From the NCBI GenBank assembly GCA_002867475.1, contig PKTL01000043.1, positions 16,192-80,191 on the forward strand: a stretch of 64,000 bases of DNA, read 5' to 3'. Each line of letters starts with the position of its first letter. The first letter of the stretch is position 1. The notes under the pieces were generated by a model that searched no databases, was not told the origin of the DNA, and saw only the letters and a list, made by a program, of their open reading frames with translations. This DNA is from Candidatus Woesearchaeota archaeon (lineage in GTDB: Archaea > Nanobdellota > Nanobdellia > Woesearchaeales > BM511). Position numbers and translations under genes: made by a program. This document shows, piece by piece, positions 60,556-64,000 of this stretch.

Positions 60556-61455
60556 TTATTTTTTTAATACTATTATATTTTTACTAAGAGTACTATGAAG
60601 ATATATCTCATATCTGGTTTCTATTTTCCAGTTGCCAAAAAGTATTTTTTTATCCATATAAGAAGGTATACCTACAACCATGACATCACAAAGATCATAA
60701 TATTTTTCAAAAAAATTTTTGTACAATGATTTTAAGTTTTCAGTTATTTTCGTATTTTTCCCATAAGGCAGATCGGTTACTACAACATCAAACTTATCAC
60801 CATTTTTCAATGCGTCTTTTTTTGATAGATCATATTTTTTTATATTGTAATAATGAAGATTTACCTTTGCTTTTTTTAAGGTTATTTCATCTATATCAAA
60901 TCCGATAATATCATAATTCATGAGACCTGCTTCTACAAGGATTCCTCCGGTTCCACAAAAAGGGTCACACAATTTTCCATCGATCTTCCCTGTCAAATTT
61001 ATCATCGCCATAGCTATTCTAGGGTTTAAACTTGTCGGAGACATTTCAGGTTTTAAATGTGGAAGCCTTTTCTTCCAATCTGTTGATATTTTAGTTTCAA
61101 GCTTACAAATAAAGGTTTCATCTCCTTTTTTTATTATTTCGATTTCTGTTTTTGGATTTTTTAGATCCACAGAAGGATTATTTACCATGTTCCAAATGAT
61201 TTTCGCATACTTTTTTTCATCTTCTTTTTTTCCTGTCACCTTAAATGGAGATATTATTATTTTATCCCACTCGATTTCTTGTTCCAGAACTTGATATACT
61301 TTTTTTGTTAAAGATAGCCTATTAGAAAAATTAAGCGTGGTTTCAAATATCAATATATCTTCAATAATCATATGTTTTTTTGGTTTGTAGAGATTCAGTA
61401 CTTCATCTTTTGAAAGATCAAGGTTCTCTTTTGAAAGCAAAAATAATTTTTTCAT
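60556..61455 (-). CDS. tRNA (guanine-10-N2) methyltransferase-like (Trm11/TrmG10)
   Basis: VDLKNP, PTSLNPRIA, DPFCGTGG, TDLPYG. Confidence 0.8.
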   Translation of the reverse strand: MKKLFLLSKENLDLSKDEVLNLYKPKKHMIIEDILIFETTLNFSNRLSLTKKVYQVLEQEIEWDKIIISPFKVTGKKEDEKKYAKIIWNMVNNPSVDLKNPKTEIEIIKKGDETFICKLETKISTDWKKRLPHLKPEMSPTSLNPRIAMAMINLTGKIDGKLCDPFCGTGGILVEAGLMNYDIIGFDIDEITLKKAKVNLHYYNIKKYDLSKKDALKNGDKFDVVVTDLPYGKNTKITENLKSLYKNFFEKYYDLCDVMVVGIPSYMDKKILFGNWKIETRYEIYLHSTLSKNIIVLKK

Positions 61456-61494
61456 AGGATTAAGTTTTTAAATCATATTAATAATGCTTTTGTT

Positions 61495-61842
61495 ATGAAA
61501 AGAAAACCAGGTAGACCAAAAGGCAGTCCAATCAGACAAAATATTATTGAGATACTTTATTTTATGGGTGAAGGTTATGGGTATGAGATCCATAAAATCT
61601 ATAATGAGCTTTTTGATCCTGTAACCCAGGAAAGCATATATTATAACCTTAAACGTGGAGTCAATAATAATGAATTCATCCTTAAAGAGATAAAGATTGA
61701 AAAGGGTGAATTTAGTTGGGGTCAAACTGCTGAAAAATATATTTATGTTCTTGGTCCTCAAGCAAACGCTAGAATACTCAATGAAATAAAAGAATTCTTT
61801 GATACACGAAGAGACAAAGAATCTCTTGTGCACAAAAGTTGA
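61495..61842 (+). CDS. Winged-helix (PadR-like) hypothetical regulator
   Basis: GRP..S.IRQNIIEIL...YGYEIHK...SIYYNL. Confidence 0.65.
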   Translation: MKRKPGRPKGSPIRQNIIEILYFMGEGYGYEIHKIYNELFDPVTQESIYYNLKRGVNNNEFILKEIKIEKGEFSWGQTAEKYIYVLGPQANARILNEIKEFFDTRRDKESLVHKS

Positions 61843-61873
61843 AAATTTTTAGTGAAAGAAAAAAGAAAGCTAA

Positions 61874-62566
61874 TTATTTTACCTTCTTGAAAAGACCTAT
61901 CAATGCAATTAATTCTCGTTTACTTGGTGCTGCTTTCAATATTACCCTTTTCAATGCTTTATATGCAGTGTTTCTTTTAGTATCTGTTGTAAACTCTAGA
62001 TTATTAAGGGCATCATTTATTGTCTTATCAAGCACTTCCTTCTCTTTTCCTGTAGGCTCAGTGAAATGGCTTATTATATCATCTTTTTGAAATACCTTGC
62101 TTGCTTCATAACTTACTATGCTTACCGCATGGCTTAAGTTTAAAGCAGGATTTTCTTTATTTGTAGGTATGGTTACAACAATATCAGTCAATTCTAGCTC
62201 TTCATTTTTCAATCCATGGTCTTCTCTACCAAAAATAAATGCAACATTTTTCTTTTTAGATTCCTTCAATCTTTTTGCTATATCTACAGAGCTTATGCTT
62301 GTTCTAAGGATATTGTAGTTTGTACCTATAACTCCTGTCGTCGCGATTGAAAGTTCAAAATCTTTTATGAAATCCAATTTTTTTTCAACTTTAGCTTCTT
62401 TTAGTACATTTTTTGCATGGCAACTTCTGTCAAGGGCTTCTTTATTTAAATGATCTGCTTTGGGATTTACAAGAATAAGATTACCAAAACCAAAATTATT
62501 CATTGCACGAGCTACGGCTCCGATGTTTCCTGAATTTTGTGGTTCAACAAGTATTACTGTAACCAT
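61874..62566 (-). CDS. trmJ: TrmJ/LasT-family SPOUT RNA methyltransferase
   Basis: LVEPQNSGNIGAVARAM, FGREDHGL, LNLSHAV. Confidence 0.88.
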   Translation of the reverse strand: MVTVILVEPQNSGNIGAVARAMNNFGFGNLILVNPKADHLNKEALDRSCHAKNVLKEAKVEKKLDFIKDFELSIATTGVIGTNYNILRTSISSVDIAKRLKESKKKNVAFIFGREDHGLKNEELELTDIVVTIPTNKENPALNLSHAVSIVSYEASKVFQKDDIISHFTEPTGKEKEVLDKTINDALNNLEFTTDTKRNTAYKALKRVILKAAPSKRELIALIGLFKKVK

Positions 62567-62648
62567 AGAAGCTGAAAATTAATATTTAATTAAAAAACTA
62601 TCTAAAAAAATAAGATAAAAAAAATAAAAAAAATAAAATAATAAATAT

Positions 62649-63818
62649 TTATTCCAATGCAGCTTTTAGCTCTTCTACCTTATCTTTTGCTTCCCATGTG
62701 AAGTCTGGATCTTCACGTCCAAAATGGCCATAAGCAGCAGTTTTTTGATAGATTGGTCTTTTAAGCTTTAAATGACTTATAAGTGCTGCTGGTTTTACTG
62801 GAAATACTTTCGGTATGACTTCAATAAGCTTATCTTCACTGACTTTTCCTGTATCAAAAGTGTTTACATTGATGCTTACTGGTTCTGGATATCCTATAGC
62901 ATATGCAAGTTGTACTTCGCATTTATCTGCGAATCCAGCTGCGACAATGTTTTTTGCTATATATCTTGCTGCATATGCTGCGCTTCGGTCAACTTTTGAT
63001 GGATCTTTTCCTGAGAATGCTCCCCCTCCGTGTCTACCCATCCCACCATAAGTGTCCACTATTATCTTTCGCCCTGTAAGTCCTGCGTCTGCATATGGAC
63101 CACCTTTTACAAAAGTTCCTGTAGGGTTGACGTGATATACACAATCTTCACTTAACCATTTCCCACAAACAGGTTTTATGACATTTTCTATAATATCTTT
63201 TTTTATCTGTTCATGTTTGATTCCTTCATCATGCTGATTTGAGATTACTACTGTTGTTACTTTTTGAGGTTTTCCTTGATCATATTCAACTGTTACTTGG
63301 CTTTTTCCATCTGGGCCAAGGTATGGGAGAACTCCAGTTTTTCTTATTTCAGCTAATTTTTCGGTTAGTTTATGTGCAAGACTTATTGGGAGAGGCATAA
63401 GTTCGGGTGTTTCGTTTGTTGCATATCCAAACATCATTCCCTGATCCCCTGCGCCTTGCTCTTCTGTGTCTTTTCCTTCTGCTGCTGCTTCGTTTACTCC
63501 TTGAGCAATATCTGGTGATTGTTCTTCAATATGAGATAGAACTGCACATGAGTCATAGTCGATTCCATGGCTTGGTTTTGTATAACCTATAAATTTTAAT
63601 GTTTCACGTGCTATCTTTGGGAAATCAACATAACCTTTTGTTGTGATTTCTCCTGCTAGAAGAACCATTCCAGTCTTTGTTGCTGTTTCACACGCAACTC
63701 TTGATTCTGGATCTTGCCTTAAACATTCGTCAAGTACTCCGTCTGAGATCATATCGCAAATCTTGTCTGGGTGTCCTTCTGTCACGCTTTCGCTTGTGAA
63801 TAAATATTTTCCTTTCAT
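62649..63818 (-). CDS. metK: S-adenosylmethionine synthetase, bacterial/eukaryotic type
   Basis: [50 protein letters not shown]. Confidence 0.97.
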   Translation of the reverse strand: MKGKYLFTSESVTEGHPDKICDMISDGVLDECLRQDPESRVACETATKTGMVLLAGEITTKGYVDFPKIARETLKFIGYTKPSHGIDYDSCAVLSHIEEQSPDIAQGVNEAAAEGKDTEEQGAGDQGMMFGYATNETPELMPLPISLAHKLTEKLAEIRKTGVLPYLGPDGKSQVTVEYDQGKPQKVTTVVISNQHDEGIKHEQIKKDIIENVIKPVCGKWLSEDCVYHVNPTGTFVKGGPYADAGLTGRKIIVDTYGGMGRHGGGAFSGKDPSKVDRSAAYAARYIAKNIVAAGFADKCEVQLAYAIGYPEPVSINVNTFDTGKVSEDKLIEVIPKVFPVKPAALISHLKLKRPIYQKTAAYGHFGREDPDFTWEAKDKVEELKAALE

Positions 63819-64000
63819 TTTTTACCCCCTCTTTAATTCGAGTTTTTATATATTTGAGAATTAAAGGTTCTTTTATATATTGTATTGAATGTTTTATTCT
63901 CATAGGAATATTATTTATCAGAAAATCACTGATTAAATAAAATGTTTATATATTAAAAAAATATTCTTAATTTTACCGACTTGAAATAAGATTTAATTCA

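Noticed and set aside
1-64000. tRNA, rRNA, CRISPR array, integrase or transposase genes
   Set aside because: None recognised by eye; intergenic regions are short and AT-rich. tRNAscan-SE/Infernal were not run.

Overview
AT-rich, gene-dense archaeal DNA. aRF1, aIF5A, L40e, Nop5, GatDE, CDC48, RtcB/archease, CarS and KKGQ-type class III signal-peptide proteins point to a DPANN archaeon, most likely Woesearchaeota-like (inference by eye). Housekeeping blocks alternate with accessory DNA. Best candidate for a new system (1-9725): two tandem cassettes share an identical 26-bp promoter. Each pairs a type IV pilin-like gene with a large secreted protein. The two large proteins have homologous N-termini but different C-terminal tips (caspase-fold protease; ART-like domain), one carries an endolysin-type cell-wall-binding-like motif, and a Tat-exported YkuD peptidoglycan enzyme lies between the cassettes. 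Other highlights: a convergent ART-like/TPR-macrodomain pair; a CASTGGACAT-N14-TTTAAA motif at four accessory promoters; a 13-kb island between archease and rtcB with a 3179-aa surface protein, flanked by two interrupted DNA-binding genes (a 53-nt double-hairpin insertion; an in-frame TGA). All family calls are motif recognition by eye; no database searches were run.
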